From an uncultured Verrucomicrobiota bacterium (GTDB lineage Bacteria; Verrucomicrobiota; Verrucomicrobiia; Palsa-1439; CAYGDP01), in NCBI GenBank assembly GCA_964348665.1, contig CAYGDP010000023.1, forward strand, positions 1,309-65,308: a DNA stretch of 64,000 nt, in the 5' to 3' direction. The position numbers and the translations under genes were made by a program. The notes under the pieces are model-generated. The model was not told where the DNA came from. It saw nothing but the letters and a program-made list of their open reading frames with translations, and ran no database searches. Position 1 is the stretch's first letter, and every line of letters starts with the position of its first letter. Positions 21,625 to 30,001 of the stretch are shown here, piece after piece.

Positions 21625-22881
21625 GTGCGCACCATGCACAAAAACTATATGCTGGGTCTCAAATGTCGGGAATGCGCGCGGCGCTATCCGAAGGAAGCGC
21701 TGCACGTGTGCGAGTTCTGTTTCGGGCCGCTCGAAGTCGAATACGATTACGAGGTCATCGGCAAGGCGCTGACACGTGAGAAAATCCTCGCGCGTCCGCC
21801 GACGATGTGGCGCTACCGCGAGTTGCTGCCGCTGGACGGCGAACCGACGGTGGGATTCCAAGTCGGTTTCACGCCCTTGGTGAAAGCCGATCGCCTAGCA
21901 AAACGCCTCGGTGTGCGCGAATGCTGGGTCAAAAACGACACGGTCAATTATCCGACCTTATCGTTCAAAGACCGCGTCGTTTCGGTGGCGCTCTCGCGCG
22001 CGAAGGAATTGGGCTTCAAGATTGTCGGCTGCGCTTCGACGGGGAATCTCGCCAATAGCGTTGCCGCCAACGCCGCCAGCGCGGGGTTGCCCGCGTACGT
22101 TCTGATCCCCGCCGACCTCGAGACGGGAAAAGTGCTCGGCTCAGCCATCTTCGGCGCAAAAGTCATCGGGATTCACGGCACGTACGACGAGGTGAATCGC
22201 CTATGCTCCGAAATCGCGGGTAATTATGGCTGGGGTATTGTGAATGTGAATCTTCGGCCGTATTACGCGGAAGGCAGCAAAGCGATGGGCTTCGAGATCG
22301 CCGAACAACTCGGCTGGCGATTGCCCGATAACGTGGTTGTCCCGATGGCGGGCGGCTCCCTGATCACGAAGATCCATAAGTCTTTCCGCGAATTCGTAAA
22401 GCTCGGCTTCGTGAAAGACCACGCAACGAAGATTTTCGGCGGACAAGCGGCAGGCTGCGCGCCCATCGTGAATGCGATCAAGGCGGGCACGGACATCATA
22501 GCTCCCGTCAAAAAGCCGAACACCATCGCCAAATCGCTTGCGATCGGGAATCCGGCGGACGGGTTTTATGCGATTCAAACGATGAAACAGACCGGCGGCG
22601 ACGGCGAAAATCCAACCGACGACGAGATCGTCGAAGGCATCAAGCTGCTGGCGGAGACCGAAGGCATTTTTGCCGAGACCGCAGGCGGCGTGACGGTCGG
22701 CGCGGCGAAACGTCTCGTGGAAAGCGGCGCGATCAAGCGCAACGAGAGTCTGGTGCTCTGCATTACGGGACATGGCTTGAAGACGCAGGAAGCGATCAAT
22801 GGAAAGTGCGCTACGCCGCGCCTGATCGGGCCGAGTTTGAGAGAGTTCGATGCAATCTATGAGAAGGATAAGATAAAGTAG
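21625..22881 (+). CDS. Threonine-synthase-like PLP enzyme with an N-terminal 4-Cys zinc ribbon. Candidate MetM-type homocysteine synthase that would use a sulfur-carrier thiocarboxylate.
   Basis: 'PTLSFKDRVV' PLP-lysine motif of the ThrC family and 'CRECARRYPKEALHVCEFC' N-terminal ribbon. Sits directly downstream of a SAM riboswitch and upstream of a MoaD-like gene. Start is GTG 21625 or ATG 21634. Confidence 0.8.
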   Translation: MRTMHKNYMLGLKCRECARRYPKEALHVCEFCFGPLEVEYDYEVIGKALTREKILARPPTMWRYRELLPLDGEPTVGFQVGFTPLVKADRLAKRLGVRECWVKNDTVNYPTLSFKDRVVSVALSRAKELGFKIVGCASTGNLANSVAANAASAGLPAYVLIPADLETGKVLGSAIFGAKVIGIHGTYDEVNRLCSEIAGNYGWGIVNVNLRPYYAEGSKAMGFEIAEQLGWRLPDNVVVPMAGGSLITKIHKSFREFVKLGFVKDHATKIFGGQAAGCAPIVNAIKAGTDIIAPVKKPNTIAKSLAIGNPADGFYAIQTMKQTGGDGENPTDDEIVEGIKLLAETEGIFAETAGGVTVGAAKRLVESGAIKRNESLVLCITGHGLKTQEAINGKCATPRLIGPSLREFDAIYEKDKIK

Positions 22882-22954
22882 CCCGCGAAACACACGAAAG
22901 AACGCAAAAGTTTTCGAGTGTTTCGCGTATTTCGCGGGTAATGAAAGGAATAAC

Positions 22955-23227
22955 ATGCCAAAAGTAAGAATCCCAACACCGTTGAGGAAACTGACGAAGG
23001 AACAAGCCGTCGTGGAGGCGAGTGGCGCGAACATTGGCGACTTGCTCGCCGATCTCGAACGCCAATACGCGGGCATCCGCGAACGGCTTTGCGACGAAAA
23101 AGGCGAAATCCGCCGCTTCGTAAACGTCTACCTGAACGACCAGGACATTCGGTTCATGGACGGCCTCAAGACCGCCGTCAAAGACACCGACGAAGTCAGC
23201 ATCGTCCCCGCCATCGCGGGTGGGTAA
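22955..23227 (+). CDS. MoaD/ThiS-family sulfur-carrier protein ending in Gly-Gly (candidate MetO/CysO-like)
   Basis: 90 aa ending in '...VSIVPAIAGG' followed by a stop. Beta-grasp-sized protein adjacent to a PLP enzyme. Confidence 0.75.
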   Translation: MPKVRIPTPLRKLTKEQAVVEASGANIGDLLADLERQYAGIRERLCDEKGEIRRFVNVYLNDQDIRFMDGLKTAVKDTDEVSIVPAIAGG

Positions 23228-23307
23228 GAATTTGGATGGCCACAAAAAGGCACAAGAAGCACAAAAGGTAGGGGCAAGCCGCTGGCTCGCCCGCTCAAAA
23301 AGACAAA

Positions 23308-24264
23308 ATGAAAACGGAAACGAAAATCGCAAAATTGCTGGCACTCACCGCGCTGACAGTTGGGGTGTGCTCGTCGTTTGCCCGAAGTGGCGAAATCCAT
23401 GACGCGGCTTATGACGGTGACATCGAAAGAGTCGCCCAACTTATCAAAGCCAGGCCCGATTGTGTAAACGAGAAGAATGGTCTTGGCGAAACGGCCTTGC
23501 ATAAGGCCGCAGCTGGCGTTCCCGAACGTGCCATTGCTTCCATTGGAGGCCGTGAGAAAGAAAAGACGGAGAGTGATTACAGGCAGATCGCAGAATTTCT
23601 CTTGGATCACAAAGCCGACCTCGACGCGCGAGATAATCCAGGCAGGACTCCATTGCATACCGCAGCCATTCACGGTCAACTGGAAATCATCAAGACTTTC
23701 GTTGCGCGTAAGTCCGAAATCAACGCGAAAGATACGCAAGGTTGGACGCCCCTCCATTGGGTTGCAATGCACGATGTTCCAGCAGGTAGAGGGATGTCCG
23801 CCAGTGCCGCTGGGGTAATGACAATCCTACTGGACAGTGGGGCGAATGTTGATGCGAGAGGCGAATACGGGAACACGCCGCTGTACATCGCGGCCGATTA
23901 CTCCCAAGACTCGACAGATATTGTAAAGGTTTTAATCGCTCGCGGAGCAGACGTAAACGCCAAGGGCCGTAATGGCGAGACTCCACTCCACCGTGCAGCT
24001 TCCCGAGGCAACATTGGAATTATTCGCTTGCTGATCGTGAGCAAGGCCGACGTCAATGCGAAAGACAAACATGGAGCGACCCCGCTACATGAGTCAGCAT
24101 ACGAAGGCAGAAACGAAGCAGTAGAGTTTCTTGTCAAAAACAACGCCGACATCGATGCCAAGAATGAGGATGGGAAAACTGCATTGCAATTGGCGAATGA
24201 AGCCAAGCATGGGAAGTATGACGATGTGGCAGCATTCTTACGCCAGCACGGCGCGAAGGAATAA
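23308..24264 (+). CDS. Secreted ankyrin-repeat protein (at least 6 ANK repeats)
   Basis: Signal peptide 'MKTETKIAKLLALTALTVGVCSSFA', followed by repeated 'G.TPLH.AA..G....V..LL..GADVNA' units. Confidence 0.8.
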   Translation: MKTETKIAKLLALTALTVGVCSSFARSGEIHDAAYDGDIERVAQLIKARPDCVNEKNGLGETALHKAAAGVPERAIASIGGREKEKTESDYRQIAEFLLDHKADLDARDNPGRTPLHTAAIHGQLEIIKTFVARKSEINAKDTQGWTPLHWVAMHDVPAGRGMSASAAGVMTILLDSGANVDARGEYGNTPLYIAADYSQDSTDIVKVLIARGADVNAKGRNGETPLHRAASRGNIGIIRLLIVSKADVNAKDKHGATPLHESAYEGRNEAVEFLVKNNADIDAKNEDGKTALQLANEAKHGKYDDVAAFLRQHGAKE

Positions 24265-24273
24265 AACACCATT

Positions 24274-24588
24274 ATGAAAAAACGAACGACGAAAAAATCA
24301 ACGGGTGATGTAAGGGTGCACCCGCGCGTGCGCCCAACGGGCAGCAACGAGCGCAAGCGGCTCTGGCTGACGTTTCCGAAGCAGCGGATTCAGCGGCCTG
24401 TGATTTGGGAGTTGGGTCACAAATTTTCGGTCGTGACCAACATTCGGCAAGCGAGCGTGACCGAGGAGATCGGCATCGTATCGCTCGAACTGGAAGGCGA
24501 GCGTGCCGAGATCAAGCGCGCGATTGCTTGGCTGGAACACCTCGGCGTAAAGGTTGAACCCGTGGAGATCAATGTGATTGAAGGATGA
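24274..24588 (+). CDS. Small NIL/ACT-like domain protein of the kind found next to sulfur-metabolism genes
   Basis: A 104-aa protein, 'IWELGHKFSVVTNIRQASVTEEIGIVSLELEGERAEIKRAIAWLEHLGVKVE', resembles the MetN C-terminal NIL domain. Assignment by resemblance only. Confidence 0.5.
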   Translation: MKKRTTKKSTGDVRVHPRVRPTGSNERKRLWLTFPKQRIQRPVIWELGHKFSVVTNIRQASVTEEIGIVSLELEGERAEIKRAIAWLEHLGVKVEPVEINVIEG

Positions 24589-24703
24589 CCGCGAAGCGCG
24601 GAAGCACCAATGACCAAACCCCAAGCACCAAAGAAAACTCAAGCATCAATCCCCAATGCGCATTTCGCGCGAGAGGGGCAAGAGCGAGGTCTGCATTTGT
24701 ATT

Positions 24704-24758
24704 TTGGAGCTTGGAATTTGAGGCTTCCCTGGAGTTTGGAGTTTGGAGTTTGGAGTTT
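24704..24758 (+). repeat. Heptamer tandem repeat (GGAGTTT)x4 with degenerate upstream copies, in the cysH leader
   Basis: 'TTTTGGAGCTTGGAATTTGAGGCTTCCCTGGAGTTTGGAGTTTGGAGTTTGGAGTTT' read directly. A C/A-rich tract (24612..24660) precedes it. Confidence 0.8.
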
Positions 24759-24779
24759 CAGTCCGCGGGAGGTGTCGCA

Positions 24780-25502
24780 ATGAAATTCAGCCCAGAAGAG
24801 TTGAAACGGTTGTCCGTGGACTTTGAGCAACAGCGTCCTCCCGCCGTGCTGCGGTGGGCGATTGAACAATTCTGGCCGCGCGTGGCGATCAGCACGGGGT
24901 TCGGCCCGGAAGGACTGGTTATCATTGACTACGCCATGCAGCTCGACAAAAAAATCCCGATCTTCACGCTCAATACAGGTTTTTTGTTCAAGGAGACGCA
25001 AGAGTTGAAGCAGCAGCTTGAACAGCGTTACGGCATTCAGATCGAGTCGCTGCATCCCGATCCGGTCGAGGTCGAACAGTTGACCGCCAAGCACGGCGAT
25101 GAGCCGTACAAGGTCGTGCCTGATCTCTGCTGCCATGCGCGCAAGGTTTTGCCGATGCGAAAAAAGCAGCAGACGCTCGACGCGCTCATCACGGGCGTAC
25201 GCCGCAGCCAAGGCACGGAGGCACGTGCGCAAGCGCAGATGTTGCAGGCGCAGCGCGACGCGGCGACGAGCCACGAGCTTGTGAAAATCAACCCGCTGGT
25301 CGGGTGGACCAAGGAAGAAGTCTGGTGGTATATCGTCAGCCACGAGCTTCCCTACAATCCGCTCCACGATAAAAATTATCCCTCCATCGGTTGCTGGCCT
25401 TGCACTCAGCCTGTTTTGGAAGGCGAAGACGAGCGCGCCGGACGCTGGCGCGGTCTGCAAAAGAAGGAGTGCGGCCTGCATACGTTTATGTCGGACATCT
25501 AG
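24780..25502 (+). CDS. cysH: Assimilatory (P)APS reductase CysH of the Fe-S cluster type. Start is ATG 24780; the track ORF is extended upstream through the tandem repeat.
   Basis: 'DLCCHARKV' plus 'GCWPCTQ' (CC...CxxC cluster cysteines) and the C-terminal catalytic 'ECGLH'. Confidence 0.85.
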   Translation: MKFSPEELKRLSVDFEQQRPPAVLRWAIEQFWPRVAISTGFGPEGLVIIDYAMQLDKKIPIFTLNTGFLFKETQELKQQLEQRYGIQIESLHPDPVEVEQLTAKHGDEPYKVVPDLCCHARKVLPMRKKQQTLDALITGVRRSQGTEARAQAQMLQAQRDAATSHELVKINPLVGWTKEEVWWYIVSHELPYNPLHDKNYPSIGCWPCTQPVLEGEDERAGRWRGLQKKECGLHTFMSDI

Positions 25503-25522
25503 TCCGACGGAAAGGACGAATT

Positions 25523-25819
25523 ATGGAATTCACCGAGAGAGAAAAAGTTATTTTGAGCACGATCGAAAAAGAGCTGACGCAATTCCGGCCACGCCGGATC
25601 ATTGCGGTAGTGATTGCGATTCTCTGCGTCGTATTCTTGGGAGTGGATGTGGCCTGGCGTGGGCCGCGTGCCGCTGCGGATGATCTTCCCTCGATCGGGT
25701 TTACGGCGCTTCTGTGTGTCTTCTTTTGGATTGTTTCCTGGATCGAAGAAGGATACACGCGTCTGATCCAGAAATTATTGGCGGAAAACAACCGCTTGCA
25801 GCAAAACCAGAAAGCATGA
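25523..25819 (+). CDS. Small hypothetical membrane protein (2 TM helices)
   Basis: ATG 25523 preceded by AAAGGA. Hydrophobic segments 'IIAVVIAILCVVFLGV' and 'FTALLCVFFWIVSWI'. Confidence 0.4.
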   Translation: MEFTEREKVILSTIEKELTQFRPRRIIAVVIAILCVVFLGVDVAWRGPRAAADDLPSIGFTALLCVFFWIVSWIEEGYTRLIQKLLAENNRLQQNQKA

Positions 25820-26091
25820 CCATGAAACCAAAACCTTCGATTCCCAATCGCGTGACGATGATCGTCACGTGTGTGGACGGCACGAAACACAAGTTTGAGT
25901 TTCAGCCGCGGCCCGACCTAACCAATCAAGCGGGGCGTATCGAGCAAATGCTCGAAGCGCCGAATCTCGTGCTCGAGCTGACCGACCGCATGATGGTCAT
26001 CCCGACGCATAGCATTCGCAGCGTAGAGTTTACGCCCAAGCCTGCCAAGCTGCCCGAGCGCGCGCTGCGCAATGTGCGGATCGTGCCGTGA
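25816..26091 (+). CDS. Small hypothetical protein (91 aa) between cysH and cysD
   Basis: ATG overlaps the upstream stop (ATGA). No recognisable motif. Confidence 0.35.
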   Translation: MTMKPKPSIPNRVTMIVTCVDGTKHKFEFQPRPDLTNQAGRIEQMLEAPNLVLELTDRMMVIPTHSIRSVEFTPKPAKLPERALRNVRIVP

Positions 26092-26214
26092 TACCGGAGA
26101 AACCGAACTATGAATGAAACGGAAAGGATTTTGACCCGCGAAACACGCGGAAAGACACGAAAGGAAAGCGGAGATTTTTTCGCGTAATTTTGCGTTTTTC
26201 GTGGGTAACCTTTT

Positions 26215-27027
26215 ATGGACTACTTAACAAAACTCGAAAACCAAAGCATTTTCATCCTGCGCGAGGCGTTCAACAAGTTCGAGCATCTCGCGATGCTCTG
26301 GAGTATCGGCAAAGACTCGACCGTGCTGCTCTGGCTGGCGCGCAAGGCGTTCTTCGGCCATGTGCCGTTCCCGCTCGTCCACGTGGACACCACCTACAAA
26401 ATCCCCTCCATGATCGAGTATCGCGACAAACTCTGCAAGGATTGGAACTTGAAGCTAGTGGTCGGCAAAAACGAGCAAGTCCTGCGCGACCAGCGCGATT
26501 ATCCGCATGGCAAAGCCACCCGCGTTGAGTGCTGCGGTACGCTCAAAAAAGACGCGCTTAAACAAGTGCTCGATGAGCATCATTTTACAGGCGTCATCGT
26601 TGGCGTGCGCCGCGACGAAGACCCGACCCGCGCCAAGGAGCGGTATTTTTCGCCGCGCGACAAGAATATGGAATGGAACGTCGAAGATCAGCCGCCGGAG
26701 TTGTGGGATCAGTTCAAGACGGACTTCGAGCCAGGCACGCACATCCGGATCCATCCGCTCCTGCACTGGACGGAGCTGAACATCTGGGAATACATCGAAC
26801 GCGAGAACATCCCGGTGATTCCGCTCTATTTCGCCAACGAAAAAGGGGAGCGTTTTCGCAGTCTCGGCTGCTATCCGTGTACCTTCCCGATCAAATCGAA
26901 TGCGAAGACCATCCACGACATCGTCGAGGAACTTCGCACCACCAAAACCTCCGAGCGCGCCGGCCGCGCGCAGGACAAGGAAAGCGAAGACGCGTTCGAG
27001 AAACTGCGGAGGGATGGATACATGTAA
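26215..27027 (+). CDS. cysD: Sulfate adenylyltransferase subunit 2
   Basis: PAPS-reductase-like PP-loop '[19 protein letters not shown]' and overall CysD architecture of 270 aa. Confidence 0.9.
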   Translation: MDYLTKLENQSIFILREAFNKFEHLAMLWSIGKDSTVLLWLARKAFFGHVPFPLVHVDTTYKIPSMIEYRDKLCKDWNLKLVVGKNEQVLRDQRDYPHGKATRVECCGTLKKDALKQVLDEHHFTGVIVGVRRDEDPTRAKERYFSPRDKNMEWNVEDQPPELWDQFKTDFEPGTHIRIHPLLHWTELNIWEYIERENIPVIPLYFANEKGERFRSLGCYPCTFPIKSNAKTIHDIVEELRTTKTSERAGRAQDKESEDAFEKLRRDGYM

Positions 27028-27099
27028 ACCCAATCGTCCTCGTCATCGTCCTCGTGATCGAATTAGAAACAGCCGAGGACGACGACGAGAACGAATGAA

Positions 27100-28974
27100 A
27101 TGAATGTAACAACCGAACAACTTAAAATCGTCATTGTCGGTCATGTGGATCATGGCAAGTCCACGTTCATTGGTCGTCTGTTCTACGACACGGGCGCGCT
27201 GCCCGAGGGCAAATACGAGCAGTTGGTTGCCGTCGCCAAGCGCCGCGGCGTGCCGTTCGAGTGGGCGAACTTGATGGACGGCCTCCAGGCGGAGCGCGAC
27301 CAGAACATCACGATTGACACAGCGCAGATCTGGTTTCGCACGCCGAAACGCCAGTACGTCATCATTGATGCACCCGGTCACAAGGAATTTTTGAAAAACA
27401 TGGTCACCGGCGCGGCGAACGCGGAAGCGGCGCTGCTGTTGATTGCCGCCAACGAAGGCGTGCAGGAACAATCGCGCCGCCACGGTTTTCTGCTCTCCCT
27501 GCTTGGAATTAAGCAAATCGCCGTGCTGGTCAATAAAATGGACCTCATAGGTTACAGCGAGAAAGAGTTCAAGCGGATCGAGGCAGAATACCGCGATTTT
27601 CTGACCAAAATCGGCATCACGCCTAAACTCTTTATCCCCATTGCGGCAAAAGAAGGCGAGAACGTCGCGAAAGCCTCGCTGCAGATGAAATGGTACAATG
27701 GGCCGACGGCGCTTGCCGCCCTGGACAGCTTTGAAGTTGCCGCGCCGCCACAAAATCTGCCGCTGCGGTTCCCGATCCAGGATGTTTACCGCTTCGACGA
27801 CCGTCGGATCCTCGCGGGTCGCGTTGAATCGGGTACACTCAAGGTCGGCGATAAAATACTTTTCTCGCCGCGCAACAAGCAAAGCACCATCAAGAGCATT
27901 GAAAACTGGCCGCATGGTTCTCGTCAATCGGCCAGCGCGGGCGAGAGTATCGGGATCACGCTCACCGAGCAGATTTTTGTCGAGCGCGGCCAAATTGGGT
28001 CGCTGGAAACCGATGCGCCCATCGAAACCGACGTGTTCAACGCGAAACTCTTCTGGCTTGGCCGCAAAAATCTGGAGGTCGGTCGCCGGGTAAAACTCAA
28101 GCTGAGCACCGAGGAAATTGAGTGCCAGATTCAATCCATCGAAAAACTCATTGATGCTTCGACGTTGAATGAGATTCCGCTGGGCGAACGCAAACACATA
28201 GCGCGCAACGATGTTGCCGAGATCACCATCCGCACCAAATCCCCTGTCGCGTTCGACAACTACAACCGCATCGTGCCGACCGGTCGGTTCGTCATTGTGG
28301 ACGATCGCCAGGTCTGTGGCGGGGGTGTCATCAGCAAGGGCGAATATCCCGACCGTCGCTCCGTCCTTTCAGGAGTGAAGAGCCAGAATATATCCTGGAC
28401 GGCCGCCACGGTGGATCGCGCCGCGCGCGAACGCCGCAACAAGCACAAAGGCGCGGTGCTCTGGCTGACCGGCTTTAGTGGCGCGGGCAAAAGCACCATT
28501 GCCGCCGAGCTGGAACGCGAACTCTTCCACATGGGCTTGCACACCTACGTGCTGGACGGCGACAATGTCCGCCACGGACTTAGCGCCAACCTGGGTTTTT
28601 CACCTGAAGATCGCACCGAAAACATTCGTCGCGTAGGCGAGGTTGCCAAACTCTTTGCGGATGCGGGAACGCTGGTCGTCACAGCGTTTATTTCGCCCTA
28701 TCGCGACGACCGACGCCTTGTTCGTTCGATCCTCCGGGAAGGGGAATTCATCGAGGTTCATGTCAGCGCTCCGCTCGATGTCTGTGAACAGCGCGACCCC
28801 AAAGGTCTCTACAAAAAAGCGCGCGCGGGTCAAATCCAGCATTTTACGGGAATCAGCGCGCCGTATGAGCCACCGGAAAAACCCGAACTCACCATTCACA
28901 CGGACAAACACACCGTTGCCGAATGCGTCGCGCAGATCATAGATTATCTCAAACGCGAGCATATTGAGATGTAG
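27100..28974 (+). CDS. cysNC: Bifunctional sulfate adenylyltransferase subunit 1 / adenylylsulfate kinase (CysN-CysC fusion)
   Basis: N-terminal GTPase '[14 protein letters not shown]', 'DAPGH', 'NKMD'. C-terminal APS kinase P-loop '[13 protein letters not shown]'. Confidence 0.9.
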   Translation: MNVTTEQLKIVIVGHVDHGKSTFIGRLFYDTGALPEGKYEQLVAVAKRRGVPFEWANLMDGLQAERDQNITIDTAQIWFRTPKRQYVIIDAPGHKEFLKNMVTGAANAEAALLLIAANEGVQEQSRRHGFLLSLLGIKQIAVLVNKMDLIGYSEKEFKRIEAEYRDFLTKIGITPKLFIPIAAKEGENVAKASLQMKWYNGPTALAALDSFEVAAPPQNLPLRFPIQDVYRFDDRRILAGRVESGTLKVGDKILFSPRNKQSTIKSIENWPHGSRQSASAGESIGITLTEQIFVERGQIGSLETDAPIETDVFNAKLFWLGRKNLEVGRRVKLKLSTEEIECQIQSIEKLIDASTLNEIPLGERKHIARNDVAEITIRTKSPVAFDNYNRIVPTGRFVIVDDRQVCGGGVISKGEYPDRRSVLSGVKSQNISWTAATVDRAARERRNKHKGAVLWLTGFSGAGKSTIAAELERELFHMGLHTYVLDGDNVRHGLSANLGFSPEDRTENIRRVGEVAKLFADAGTLVVTAFISPYRDDRRLVRSILREGEFIEVHVSAPLDVCEQRDPKGLYKKARAGQIQHFTGISAPYEPPEKPELTIHTDKHTVAECVAQIIDYLKREHIEM

Positions 28975-29400
28975 GGCGCTTTTAACAGCTTTTGAATTAC
29001 TCGCCGCGCGGGGGCACGCGGCCTTCAATAACGCAAATTTCAGGTGGGAAGGTTGTAGGCCGCGCGCCCCCGTGCAGCGAAATTGGGATAAATCAACAGG
29101 CAGCTATGGCTTTATCAATCGGGAAATTTCTGAGCCATGCTTGTCGCGCACATTTACCCGTGCTATTCTTCCGATTGTCGTGAACCACCAAACCCCAGCC
29201 TGCCCGAATCCCGCTGTCCCTTATTTGCCGCGCGAGCAGCAGTTCATTCAGGGCGTCGTAGCGCAATTCAACGATGACGAACAGCGCTGGCGGCGACTCG
29301 AACACGCGCGCACCCGTCGCCGGAAGAATGCGTCGCTCTCCGCCGAATTTCTCAAACTGCTCGATGTGCTGGACGATCCCGCCTCGCATAAACCAGCAGA

Positions 29401-29991
29401 TTGTATTGGGACGCTGCTTTGAAACCGCCGCGCAAAATAATTAAATCCTACAGGGCATCGCGCTCTCTCGTTCCGGTCGAGCGCATCCACAACGTCATCG
29501 TTCTCCTCCGCGGCCAGAAAGTCATTCTCGACGCTGATTTAGCGTTGCTGTACGGCGTGCCTACCAAGGTTCTTCTTCAAGCGGTGAAGCGAAATCGCGA
29601 CCGATTCCCGTTGGATTTTATGTTTCGATTGACTGCCACAGAGACGAAAAACTTGAGGTCACAATTTGTGACCTCAAGTTGGGGTGGTCGCCGCTACTCG
29701 CCATACGCATTTACCGAGCAGGGCGTTGCCATGCTCTCCAGCGTGCTGCGCAGTCCGCGCGCCGTGCAGGTCAACATTGAGATCATGCGCGCGTTCGTTC
29801 GGCTGCGGCAAGTGTTGGCGACGCACGCCGACCTCGCGCGAAAGCTCGATTCTCTTGAAGCGCGGCAGGACGCAGAGTTCGCTAAAGTTTGGCGCGTCAT
29901 CCGCGAACTGGTACAACCACTCGACCCGCCTCGCCGGAAAATCGGCTTCCTTCAAGAAGAGGGTGGGAAATATCGTATCAAGCCCCGCTAG
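29401..29991 (+). CDS. ORF6N-domain protein (KilA-N-like putative DNA-binding protein)
   Basis: '[25 protein letters not shown]...[23 protein letters not shown]...[24 protein letters not shown]' matches the ORF6N domain. Start choice is uncertain. Confidence 0.6.
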   Translation: MYWDAALKPPRKIIKSYRASRSLVPVERIHNVIVLLRGQKVILDADLALLYGVPTKVLLQAVKRNRDRFPLDFMFRLTATETKNLRSQFVTSSWGGRRYSPYAFTEQGVAMLSSVLRSPRAVQVNIEIMRAFVRLRQVLATHADLARKLDSLEARQDAEFAKVWRVIRELVQPLDPPRRKIGFLQEEGGKYRIKPR

Positions 29992-30001
29992 TGACGCGAA
30001 G

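Noticed and set aside
21625-22881. Calling this ORF a plain threonine synthase (thrC)
   Set aside because: The family fit is real. But a SAM riboswitch directly upstream and a Gly-Gly sulfur-carrier gene directly downstream make a methionine/homocysteine role more consistent. It is kept as ThrC-like with a MetM-type hypothesis, not as thrC.
24585-24779. N-terminal extension of cysH in the track ORF (MTAKRGSTNDQ...WSLEFEASLEFGVWSLEFQS)
   Set aside because: The peptide is simply the translation of the GGAGTTT tandem repeat and the C/A-rich tract. Conserved CysH sequence begins at ATG 24780.
24639-25481. 280-aa minus-strand ORF across cysH. Similar ORFs occur at 27043..28197 across cysNC, 41885..42583 across hpf, 43563..44123 across ptsI and 46546..47532 across metK.
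   Set aside because: They are antisense to strongly supported genes and have no motifs.
29093-29389. 98-aa minus-strand ORF between cysNC and the ORF6N gene
   Set aside because: No start context or motif is found, and it sits in a repeat/terminator-rich intergenic stretch. It could be a small accessory gene, but the sequence alone does not support it.
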